NCBI GenBank assembly: GCA_965215015.1
Contig: OZ244042.1
Span: forward strand, 5,440,001 to 5,504,000
Source of the DNA: Candidatus Poribacteria bacterium
GTDB taxonomy: Bacteria; Poribacteria; WGA-4E; PCPOR2b
Length of the DNA stretch: 64,000 nt
Direction: 5' to 3'
Each line of letters starts with the position of its first letter. Position 1 is the first letter of the stretch. This document shows, piece after piece, positions 20,766-29,754 of this stretch. Below the pieces are notes generated by a model that was not told the DNA's origin, searched no databases, and was given only the letters and a program-made list of their open reading frames with translations. A program made the position numbers and the translations under genes.

Positions 20766-21416
20766 ATGATTCTCAACGATGTTGTCGAAGCATACGGCGG
20801 TCCTGATAAACTCAGGGGAGTAAAAAACATCGTTACCAGAGGGAAAATGGTTGTGAATACTCCCGGTGGAGTGATGGAGCTTCATGGAGAGGTAACAATG
20901 GTATTACCGGCCAAAGCGCGGGCCGATCTCAGTATGCCAGCAATGGGAATGCGAATGAGTCGAATTTATGATGGTCAATCTGCGTGGATGGTAACGCCGC
21001 AGGGGGTTCAAACCTTCCCTGCAGCTTTTGTTGAAGAAGGGAAAAAAGAAATTTTTCGAGACAGTATTCCCCTGCTGACCTATATCTCTCACGGAGAGAC
21101 CTCTGCTCAATACCTTGGTGCGGAAGACGTAAAAGGCAAAATGGCAGATGCCATACTGATCAGCAATACACCCGCCGGTTCCCTTAAACTCTTTATTGAC
21201 CAAGAAACAAAACATATTATTAAAAAAGAATATCAGGGGTTGACAGAGCAAGGACCCACCGAGCGGGAAGAGTTCTTGGATGACTATGGAGAGGTTTCCG
21301 GCGTGATGGTTGCCTTCCATACCGTTATGGTGGATAATGGTGAGCAATCTGTCGAGATCACACTCAGCGAAGTCATGCTCAACGCCGAGGTAGATGAATC
21401 GTTATTTGAGAAGTAG
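20766..21416 (+). CDS. LolA-like / outer-membrane sorting domain; probably the C-terminal part of the preceding gene, split by a stop
   Basis: EAYGG..L..VK, YDGQSAW, DY.EVSGV..AF; in frame with the upstream ORF. Confidence 0.7.
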   Translation: MILNDVVEAYGGPDKLRGVKNIVTRGKMVVNTPGGVMELHGEVTMVLPAKARADLSMPAMGMRMSRIYDGQSAWMVTPQGVQTFPAAFVEEGKKEIFRDSIPLLTYISHGETSAQYLGAEDVKGKMADAILISNTPAGSLKLFIDQETKHIIKKEYQGLTEQGPTEREEFLDDYGEVSGVMVAFHTVMVDNGEQSVEITLSEVMLNAEVDESLFEK

Positions 21417-21464
21417 TTCAGCAACGTCCGCCTCTGTCGTGCTGTCTCCTCTAAGAACCCTAAG

Positions 21465-21771
21465 TAGGCTCAATAAGCCAGGAATTGACGTACGACCCGC
21501 AGGGTGTTTAGCAGAGGGAGGACGCAAGCGGGGGGGGACGACATACGGCGTATGCCTACTACTGCTGACGTTATCATTATTCAAGTTGCTAGATAGCCGT
21601 AGGTCGAATTTCCATACCCGACATCTACTAGAAACAACTTATAGACGGAACACGAACCTGTAAGGGTTGGGGGGGTTTCCCAACCCACCGGGCGAGGGAA
21701 CCAAGCCCTTACGATTGGGTACTTATCGACGAATGACGGACACGACTCACATAAATGTCAACAGAACCTAG
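21465..21771. mobile_element. MITE-like element, family C copy 2, with several REP hairpins
   Basis: TAGGCTCAATAAGCCAGGAATTGACG.. at the left and TGTCAACAGAACCTAG at the right. Confidence 0.6.
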
Positions 21772-21810
21772 CTCCGTTGAAATGTTGAATAATCTAATGC
21801 GGACAATCGT

Positions 21811-22668
21811 ATGGGCAAGCAAAACATCACTGAATTTGATGGGTTAGACTTAGAACTGTTTTTTTGCACAGAAATCTTAAAGTTGCCCTCATTGCATTAT
21901 GGATATTGGGAACAAGGCGAAAAGTTAACAGCAGAAAGTAAAAAACTAACGCTTGCTTGTTTGCGAGACGCGCAGCAAAAATATACAGATATACTCATAG
22001 AAGCAATTCCTAATAATGTCAAAAGCATTCTAGATGTTGGATGTGGCATTGGAGATGTGTCGAGAGCATTCTCGAAATTGAAATACGATGTAACCGCAAT
22101 TTCGCCAGATAGTAATCATGCAAAATATTTTGAGAATCAGCCTTCAAAATTAACCTTCTTGCAAACAAAATTTGAAGATCTCAAGGTTAATAACAAATTC
22201 GATTTGATTCTCATGAGTGAATCGCAGAATTATTTCCCAATCGAAATCGGATTTCATCAATGTACTACGCTTTTATCACCTAAAGGATATCTGCTTGTTT
22301 CGGGGATGTTTCGGAAAGATAGCAGTAGTAAAATTGCAGAGGTTCCCAATACCATTGAAGATTATGTAAAAACCGCCGAAAAGCACGGACTGTTATTGAT
22401 AGAAAATGTTGACGTAACCCAAAACATACTTCCGACTATCGATTTTATATATGAATCAATGGAGAGTTATGTTGAGCCAAGTGTCAAAATGTTAAATCAA
22501 TTTATATCATCGATATCGCCTCTAAAAAGCGTGTTCATTAAATTCTTTTTTCGGAAGCAGATAAATAAGGCTCTGCAGATTTACAATTATTATAGAAAGA
22601 GAACCGATCCACTTTTTTTTAAGAAGAATATAGTTTACGCCCGACTCTTGTTTCAGTACAAGGTCTAG
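21811..22668 (+). CDS. Class I SAM-dependent methyltransferase (sterol/tocopherol C-MT-like N-terminal motif)
   Basis: LHYGYW, ILDVGCGIG, FDLILMSES; visibly AT-rich. Confidence 0.85.
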   Translation: MGKQNITEFDGLDLELFFCTEILKLPSLHYGYWEQGEKLTAESKKLTLACLRDAQQKYTDILIEAIPNNVKSILDVGCGIGDVSRAFSKLKYDVTAISPDSNHAKYFENQPSKLTFLQTKFEDLKVNNKFDLILMSESQNYFPIEIGFHQCTTLLSPKGYLLVSGMFRKDSSSKIAEVPNTIEDYVKTAEKHGLLLIENVDVTQNILPTIDFIYESMESYVEPSVKMLNQFISSISPLKSVFIKFFFRKQINKALQIYNYYRKRTDPLFFKKNIVYARLLFQYKV

Positions 22669-22871
22669 GCATGAAACATAAAAATTCGCTTAGTTTCCTC
22701 CGCACAACTTATCCCAATGGCTTTTGAACCTTCAATCCTCTCACCGCCGATGTGAAAAAGGATACCCGATTGATATACAACTAGCCCCAATCTATTGAGA
22801 GCTGCCAATTCGCATGATTAGCGATTAAATCTGTAAAGAGTATAGGGCAATACGCATCACGCTCACCTATC

Positions 22872-23648
22872 ATGAAACAAATTATACGTTCCATCAACAA
22901 CTGGTTAAAATTGCGGGTTCTCGAAGTACAGGAATTTGTGATTTTCATGGGGAACGCTGCAAAGGGCTTATACAAAAAACCTCGATATTGGCATGACTTT
23001 TTCGATCACATGGACATCATGGGAGTTGGTTCGATTCCGATTGTACTCATCGCAGGGGGTTGTGTTGGTGCCTTAATCACGTTAGAAACGCTAGCAGAAT
23101 TGCGTACCTTCGGGGCAAACGTGTTGTTAGGAAAATTGACAGGCCTTTCGATTATACGAGGTTCAGGGCCCGTATTCACTGCAATGATTGTTTCAACCCG
23201 CGTTTGTTCGTCCGCCGCGGCCGAATTGGGCACAATGCAAGTGAGCCAGCAGATTGATGCCTTAGTGACAATGGGAGTGGATCCCTTCCGGAAGCTGATT
23301 ACCCCACGCATTGCCGCTGGCACGCTCATGTTTCCGGCACTAGCAACCGTCAACGGTGTGGCTGCAATCCTTACAGGGGCTTTGGTAGCACAACTTTCCG
23401 GCACAATGAGTCTATCGTTTTTCCTGAATCAATCGCTGAGCAGCATCACCCCCGGCGATGTTCTCTGGGGCTTGACCAAATCAACGGTATTTGGTTTTAT
23501 TGTCCTCTCAATCGCTTGCTACTATGGGTTTCGTGTTCAAGGAGGCACCGCAGGGGTCCGAACCGGTGCATCTAAGGCAGCAGTCGCTTGTGTGCTTCTC
23601 ATTCTTATTTCTAATTCTATCATGACAACGCTCGTACATTCATTTTAG
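22872..23648 (+). CDS. mlaE: MlaE/YrbE lipid ABC transporter permease
   Basis: GVGSIPIV, GPVFTAM, AELGTMQVSQQIDAL..MGVDP, GGTAGV. Confidence 0.9.
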   Translation: MKQIIRSINNWLKLRVLEVQEFVIFMGNAAKGLYKKPRYWHDFFDHMDIMGVGSIPIVLIAGGCVGALITLETLAELRTFGANVLLGKLTGLSIIRGSGPVFTAMIVSTRVCSSAAAELGTMQVSQQIDALVTMGVDPFRKLITPRIAAGTLMFPALATVNGVAAILTGALVAQLSGTMSLSFFLNQSLSSITPGDVLWGLTKSTVFGFIVLSIACYYGFRVQGGTAGVRTGASKAAVACVLLILISNSIMTTLVHSF

Positions 23649-23709
23649 TGATGATTCATTACGCAACAGTTCAGCTCACATCTTCATTCGCCACAAAGCC
23701 TAATTTCCC

Positions 23710-24471
23710 ATGATTTCACTCAAAAATATTAACTTCTTCTCCAACGATGCACAACATATTCTCAAAAACATCACTTTTGACATTCCAACTGCCAAGGTGA
23801 CTGCTATTATTGGTACGAGTGGATCCGGAAAGACAACCCTCCTTCGCATCATAGCGGGTTTGTATGAACCAACAAATGGTGAAATCTGGATAAATGGACA
23901 AAACATAACAACGCTTCCGAAGACCAAGCAACAGCAGATTCGGAGTAAAATGGCAATCGTGTTTCAGCATGGGGCCCTCTTTGATTCTCTGACCGCTTGG
24001 GAAAACGTTGCGTTCCCGCTTTATGAACGTGGTGAGATGCCGCTTTCAAAGGTAAGGGAGGAGGCTGAGAAATTATTGGAGATGGTTGATTTGCACGGTG
24101 CGGCAGACCTCTCGATTGATCGATGCAGCGGTGGGATGCAGATGCGAATTGCCATAGCTCGGGCACTCGCCTCTTATCCGGAAATTATTCTTTACGATGA
24201 ACCCTCCAGTGGTTTGGATCCAATTGCACGAGGGCTAATCTGTAATCTCATCCAGAAGCAACAGGTCCAACAACACATGACCTCAGTACTTGTTACCCAT
24301 CAACTATCTACAGCGTTTCAAATTTCTAATCATTTCGTTTTTCTATATGAGGGAGAAATCATTTTTGAGGGAACTGCCGATGAATTGATGTCAGCAAAAG
24401 ACCCTTACATTCAACGCTTTATTCAACCGCCGAGCCGTTCCTATCAAACAGCTGAGCTTAGGCATTTTTAG
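23710..24471 (+). CDS. mlaF: MlaF-type ABC ATPase
   Basis: GTSGSGKTT, FQHGALFDSLT, SGGMQMR, LYDEPSSGLDP. Confidence 0.9.
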   Translation: MISLKNINFFSNDAQHILKNITFDIPTAKVTAIIGTSGSGKTTLLRIIAGLYEPTNGEIWINGQNITTLPKTKQQQIRSKMAIVFQHGALFDSLTAWENVAFPLYERGEMPLSKVREEAEKLLEMVDLHGAADLSIDRCSGGMQMRIAIARALASYPEIILYDEPSSGLDPIARGLICNLIQKQQVQQHMTSVLVTHQLSTAFQISNHFVFLYEGEIIFEGTADELMSAKDPYIQRFIQPPSRSYQTAELRHF

Positions 24472-24660
24472 AAAATCTGTCGTTCAACAAATTATAAGAT
24501 TTTGACCCAAGTTGCTGGGGCGCGTTACTATTTGACAGCGTTCAGGTCGAAGCCTCTCGGAATCGTTGCGCCCGTTCTCACTCCCTCACCTGCTCACTTT
24601 CGTTCTTCACTCAGCGGGGGACAGGGGGCAACTTGCGTTATTTCAATGGAGGTAACATTT

Positions 24661-25986
24661 ATGCGATTACAGAGATCACAGGTCACATGGTCACAATTAC
24701 AAGTTGGAATTTTCTCATTGATTTGTAGTGGCATTCTACTGTGGCTTGCCCTTTTCGTTGGCAATGGTCTAAAGGCAGTTCAAAATCGGTTTACTGTACA
24801 AACTGTTATCGATTCCGCCTCCGGATTAAGATCGGGGGATGTGGTACGTTTAGCGGGAATTGAGGTTGGAACGGTTAAGGCTGTCGAGTTTGTTCGCCAA
24901 AATGGTGTAGAAAAAGTCCGAATACAGCTAAATCTGAATCAACAAGCCGCCCAGCGAGTCAAGAACGATTCAATCGTTCAGATAAAATCGGTCGGTTTTA
25001 CGCAGAGCCGATATATAGACATCTCACTAGGGACACCCCAAGGCACCCCCGTATCTGAGGGGACTACGCTGAAGGGAACCGTCCCAACAGAAATGTCCCT
25101 ACTGCTGAATCAGGCAATTGTGGTCAGCGAAAATATGAATAGTTCCTTGACCCGATTTGAAAGCCTTGTAAATCGACTGCAATCCGGTGAGGGCACCTTC
25201 GCAAAATTGCTGTCGGATGCAGCACTTTACGCGAATCTGGATCAGGCGACAACTCATGTCTCTAAACTCGTTGGAGAGTTAAACGAAGGGGACGGCCTAC
25301 TCCCCCAACTCCTCTCTAAGAAAGAAATTGCTGAGCATGTTACGCAAAGCACCGCTTGGGTCGCAAAGTGGGGCCAACAAGCAGTTCAAGGCGAAGGCAC
25401 ATTAGGAAAACTGAATACCGATCCCGCCCTCTTTAACCGGGCGGAACGCATCTTGGAAAGTCTCGAAAGTCTTGAAGCGCGTTTCAATCGACTCGATTCA
25501 CTAATTAGCTCAGCCGATACCCTCATCCAGAAAATCGAGAACGGCGAAGGAACGGCGGCCAGAATTATTAATCGTCCCGATCTGTATGACCAATCCGTTG
25601 CAACCTCCCAAAAAGTGGAACAGTTGATTGATCAGGCGCAATCGGGCAAAGGTACAGTTGGCAAACTCGTTTCGGATCCATCTTTGGCAGAATCTATTAC
25701 AACCTCCACCGAATCAATTGCCCAGCTCACCAAGAAACTAAATACGCCCGGAAATACACTGGACAAACTGACATCAGGAGCTGAACTATTTGATCACCTA
25801 AACGCAACAACGAAACAGTTAGAAGCCGTGCTTGTAAAAATTAATACTGGAGAAGGCTCACTGAGCAAACTTGCCAACGATAAGAAAACCGCTGAAGAGC
25901 TTTCAAAACTAATTCATAACCTCAATGTACTGGCTGCAGATATCGAAGCACATCCCAAGAGATATGTAGGCTTCAGTCTTTTTTAA
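24661..25986 (+). CDS. mlaD: MlaD/MCE domain protein with long helical repeat extension
   Basis: ATG at 24661 after GGAGGT; N-terminal TM; ASGLRSGDVVRLAGIEVGTV; about six GEG(T/S)LxKL..D..L(Y/F) repeats; ends HPKRYVGFSLF. Confidence 0.88.
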   Translation: MRLQRSQVTWSQLQVGIFSLICSGILLWLALFVGNGLKAVQNRFTVQTVIDSASGLRSGDVVRLAGIEVGTVKAVEFVRQNGVEKVRIQLNLNQQAAQRVKNDSIVQIKSVGFTQSRYIDISLGTPQGTPVSEGTTLKGTVPTEMSLLLNQAIVVSENMNSSLTRFESLVNRLQSGEGTFAKLLSDAALYANLDQATTHVSKLVGELNEGDGLLPQLLSKKEIAEHVTQSTAWVAKWGQQAVQGEGTLGKLNTDPALFNRAERILESLESLEARFNRLDSLISSADTLIQKIENGEGTAARIINRPDLYDQSVATSQKVEQLIDQAQSGKGTVGKLVSDPSLAESITTSTESIAQLTKKLNTPGNTLDKLTSGAELFDHLNATTKQLEAVLVKINTGEGSLSKLANDKKTAEELSKLIHNLNVLAADIEAHPKRYVGFSLF

Positions 25987-26021
25987 GGCAGCTGGAGATA
26001 AACATTCTCAATTCTTATGTT

Positions 26022-26149
26022 GGCTCATGCAAAGAAATCATGCAACAGAAATCGGGTTTTTGCCGAAAATACAGTTTCTCTTTGCGTTTTGCACTCTCTT
26101 TTTTTCATAGCGTAGGTCGGGCTTCCTAGCCCGACTGCACAAATGAGCC
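26022..26149. mobile_element. MITE-like element, family A, with a REP inside the right end
   Basis: GGCTCATGCAAAGAAATCATGCAAC...TTTTGCACTCTCTTTTTTTCAT[REP]GAGCC. Confidence 0.6.
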
Positions 26150-26238
26150 AATGGTTTTCACGCATCACAGTTCACACTTTTTGCATTTCCTTTTAATACA
26201 AGCCTTTATGTTTAATACATAAGACATTAGGAGAACCA

Positions 26239-27444
26239 ATGGATGTATTTGAAAAATGCTATGATTTTAGCAATGCCATAAGCACACGGGGACAAGAGTA
26301 TAAAGCAGTGCGCGAGGCAGGAATCTATCCCTACTTCATTCCAATCGAATCCTCCGCAGATACAGAAGTCATAATCAATGGCGAGAAAAAGGTGATGATT
26401 GGGTCAAATAACTACCTCGGATTGACACATCACCCTAAAGTCCTCGAAGCCGCGGAGATGGCTGGGCGAAGATACGGTTCTGGTTGTACAGGTAGCCGGT
26501 TTCTGAACGGCACCCTCGATATTCATATCGCGCTTGAAGAAGCACTCGCCGAATTTGTTCACAAGGAAGCCACATTGGTGTTTAGCACCGGATTTCAAGT
26601 CAATCTTGGCGTTATTGATACCCTTGTGGGACGCAGGAACATTGCTCTTATTGATTCGTTAAGCCATGCGTGTGTCGTTGATGGCTGCCGCCTCTCTTGG
26701 GGCGAGATGATCCGGTTCCGCCACAACGACTTGGATGATCTGGATAACAAGTTGAAAAATACCCCGCCTGAGAGAGGGAAACTGATTGTCATTGAAGGGA
26801 TTTACAGTATGGAAGGTGATATCGGCGACCTTCCCGGCATCATAGAAGTGGCTCGAAAATATCAGTGCCGTTTGATGGTTGACGACGCACACGGCGTTGG
26901 TGTCCTGGGTCCAACCGGTGCCGGCACTGCTGAACATTTTGGAGTCGAAGATAATGTCGATTTAATTATGGGGACGTTCAGCAAATCTTTCGCGTGCATC
27001 GGTGGATTCATCGCTGCTGAAGCCGAGGTCATTGATTACTTAAAACACCATGCAAACACCTTCCTTTTCAGCGCAAGTATGCCGCCCTCGGCAGTCGCAA
27101 CAGTCCATGCTGCTTTGGAAATCATCAAGACTGAACCGGAACGGCGTAAACGACTTTGGGAAAATGCACGAAAAATGCAGGAAAGTCTCCGATTGATGGG
27201 GTATGACATTGGAGATACACAAACCCCTGTTGTTCCAGTGATTGTTGGCAATGATATGAATACCTTCATGTTATGGAAACACTTATTCGATGAAGGTGTT
27301 TTCACGAATCCCGTCGTCAGTCCGGCAGTGCCTCCCGGTGGTTCTCGCCTGCGCACCAGTTATATGGCAAGCCATACCGATGAACAACTTGACTTTGTCC
27401 TCGAAAAATTCGACAAAGCGGGTAGGAAATTGGGACTAATCTAA
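26239..27444 (+). CDS. spt: Serine palmitoyltransferase (alpha-oxoamine synthase family)
   Basis: GIYPYF, GSNNYLGL, GSGCTGSRFLNGTLDIH, SHAC, DDAHG, PLP lysine in GTFSKS; adjacent to a bCerS-type gene. Confidence 0.8.
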   Translation: MDVFEKCYDFSNAISTRGQEYKAVREAGIYPYFIPIESSADTEVIINGEKKVMIGSNNYLGLTHHPKVLEAAEMAGRRYGSGCTGSRFLNGTLDIHIALEEALAEFVHKEATLVFSTGFQVNLGVIDTLVGRRNIALIDSLSHACVVDGCRLSWGEMIRFRHNDLDDLDNKLKNTPPERGKLIVIEGIYSMEGDIGDLPGIIEVARKYQCRLMVDDAHGVGVLGPTGAGTAEHFGVEDNVDLIMGTFSKSFACIGGFIAAEAEVIDYLKHHANTFLFSASMPPSAVATVHAALEIIKTEPERRKRLWENARKMQESLRLMGYDIGDTQTPVVPVIVGNDMNTFMLWKHLFDEGVFTNPVVSPAVPPGGSRLRTSYMASHTDEQLDFVLEKFDKAGRKLGLI

Positions 27445-27484
27445 AGGTTGGGTTATTAAAAAAAACAGGTGAAATTTTCACGAA

Positions 27485-28624
27485 ATGCGTTCCAGTAGAC
27501 ACTCCCTTGAAATTAATGTTACCCCTGTCCAATCCCCTGCCGATCTAAAAGCGTTTATCAACCTACCCTGGGCAATCTATCATAACAATCCCCATTGGGT
27601 GCCCCCCCTACGCCGTGACCTCAAAACACGACTCGATAAGTCCCGGTATCCATTCTTTGACCATGCCGAAGCCGAATTTCTGATCGCCCGACGTGAAGGG
27701 CGTGTTGTGGGACGAATTGTCGCTATCAAAAATGATAACCATATCGCCTTCCACGAAGAACAGGTGGGGTTCTTTGGATTCTTTGAATCTGTCGAAGATA
27801 CGGAAGTCGCAGCAGCACTGTTTTCCTGTGCCGCCCAATGGTTGCGGGCCCACAAACTTGAAGTGATGCGCGGGCCCGTGAACTACTCGACAAATGACGA
27901 TTGTGGAGTGCTTATCGAGGGCTTTGATTCTTCTCCCATGATTATGATGCCCTACAATCCACCCTACTATCCTAATCTCATTGAAGGCTTCGGTTTTGAA
28001 AAAGCAAAGGATTTGCTCGCTTACGAGATAACCGATGATGTGCAGGTGCCTGAGCGTCTTGAGCGAACGGTAGAATGGATTAAAAAGCGCAAAAACATCA
28101 CAATACGTCCCCTCGTCAAAAAACAGATTCATCAGGAAATTCAGCGTATCAAGGAAATCTATAACGCTGCATGGGAGAAAAATTGGGGTTTTGTCCCCAT
28201 GACGGACAGGGAGATTGATCACATGGCACAGGAGCTCATCCAGATTATTGACCCCGATCTGCTGCTCTTCGCCGAAATTGAAGGGGACCCCGTTGCCTTT
28301 ATTCTTGCGTTACCCGATTTCTATGTTGCCCTAAAGTACACCAACGGCCGCCTGTTTCCGCTCGGACTCCTCAAACTTCTCTGGCATAGCCGTAAAATTG
28401 ACACAGCTCGGGTTCTAACGTTTGGAATCAAGGAAGAATACCGTCAACGGGGAATTGATGCCATGCTGTACTACGAAGTTTATAAAATTGGGGTTGCAAA
28501 AGGATATCGGCGAGGGGAAATGTCATGGATTCTGGAAGACAATACATTGATGAATCGTGCACTCGAAAACATGGGCGCAACACTTTATAAACGCTACCGC
28601 ATCTATGACTATCCACTGTCATAG
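27485..28624 (+). CDS. GNAT N-acyltransferase of the bacterial ceramide synthase (bCerS) type
   Basis: FINLPW.IY..NPHWVPPL, YPFFDHAE, VVGRI, FFGFFE, MRGP, PYNPPYY, AWEKNWGFVPMT, EMSWILEDN. Confidence 0.75.
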   Translation: MRSSRHSLEINVTPVQSPADLKAFINLPWAIYHNNPHWVPPLRRDLKTRLDKSRYPFFDHAEAEFLIARREGRVVGRIVAIKNDNHIAFHEEQVGFFGFFESVEDTEVAAALFSCAAQWLRAHKLEVMRGPVNYSTNDDCGVLIEGFDSSPMIMMPYNPPYYPNLIEGFGFEKAKDLLAYEITDDVQVPERLERTVEWIKKRKNITIRPLVKKQIHQEIQRIKEIYNAAWEKNWGFVPMTDREIDHMAQELIQIIDPDLLLFAEIEGDPVAFILALPDFYVALKYTNGRLFPLGLLKLLWHSRKIDTARVLTFGIKEEYRQRGIDAMLYYEVYKIGVAKGYRRGEMSWILEDNTLMNRALENMGATLYKRYRIYDYPLS

Positions 28625-28898
28625 CAACGCAAGTTGCTAGTAGTAGACATACTCCGCCGTAACCTCCGTCCCATGAGCTCGTTGGTCCATTAGTTCAAAA
28701 GTTCATTAATTGTACCAATGAACCTACAAAACCCCAATGGGGCGGTATGTGTATCGCATATTTTATATAGTTGGAGGGAATTCCAATTCCCGACTTAGGT
28801 TATTATAATACGCTAAGTTACTGCTTGTTGCCCTTTTGGAGTGATTCACCGTTTGGACAAATAATTTATTGGGTGATAAAGCGAAAGGGTTATGTCAA

Positions 28899-29513
28899 AT
28901 GGCAGAATCTGAAGACGGGATGCCGCACGGCAGACGTGCATTCTTCCGAGAAGCATTTACAAGGATTGTTCAGCCGGTCGCTGAATACTTAGATATGCAG
29001 ATTGAGGCACGCCTCCCTGCCGAGGAGGTTCTGTTGCGACCGCCGGGCGCACTCCCGGAAACGGCGTTTTTGGAAACCTGCTTGCGGTGCGGAAACTGTG
29101 TCGATAGTTGCCCCGCAGACGCCATTCAGTCTTTACAAAGTGACCAACCCAATCTGGCTGGAACACCCTACATCGATCCGGACCTCCAGCCGTGCGTTGT
29201 CTGTGATTCGCTTGAATGTATGCAGGTGTGTCCAAGTGGAGCCTTGCAGAAACTGTCCGCCCATGAGATTCAGATCGGTTTAGCCGAAGTCAATTATGCT
29301 GTCTGTTTGCGTTCCAACGGAGTCGATTGCCGCAACTGTGTTGATGCCTGCCCTATCGGTGAAAGAGCAATTCGGATTGATGCCGAAAAACGAGTCAAAG
29401 TCCTTTCTGCTGGCTGTGTTGGTTGTGGCGTCTGCCAGCATCAATGCCCAACGACTCCCAAATCTATTGTTATCCAATCCATTCAGAAATATACAGAGGC
29501 GCAAAGGGATTAA
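28899..29513 (+). CDS. NapG/MauM-like 4Fe-4S ferredoxin
   Basis: RRAFF, LRPPGALPE..F..CLRCGNC..CP; four Cys clusters. Confidence 0.88.
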   Translation: MAESEDGMPHGRRAFFREAFTRIVQPVAEYLDMQIEARLPAEEVLLRPPGALPETAFLETCLRCGNCVDSCPADAIQSLQSDQPNLAGTPYIDPDLQPCVVCDSLECMQVCPSGALQKLSAHEIQIGLAEVNYAVCLRSNGVDCRNCVDACPIGERAIRIDAEKRVKVLSAGCVGCGVCQHQCPTTPKSIVIQSIQKYTEAQRD

Positions 29514-29538
29514 GGGTGAATGTGAGATGATTTTGAAC

Positions 29539-29747
29539 GGTCCTGTTAAGAAATCGTGCAAAGAAACCTAGGCGGCGGGGCACCCCGCTCCTGCTCGCCA
29601 GTCAGCCATCGTCCCTCGCCCGATAAATTGGGATCCAGACCAACTTGTGGGCATTCATTTATTTTCCCCTGCTAAAGGGGTAGCCCACCCGTACTTACTA
29701 AAAACTCGGTATTTCTCCGTGCTTTGCACCTTCTTTTGATATGAGCC
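29539..29747. mobile_element. MITE-like element, family A
   Basis: GGTCCTGTTAAGAAATCGTGCAA ... TTTGCACCTTCTTTTGATATGAGCC. Confidence 0.65.
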
Positions 29748-29754
29748 ATTTTGA

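Noticed and set aside
26239-27444. Annotation as bioF or kbl
   Set aside because: No biotin or tdh context; the SPT-type motifs and the bCerS-type neighbour favour SPT, though this is not proven.
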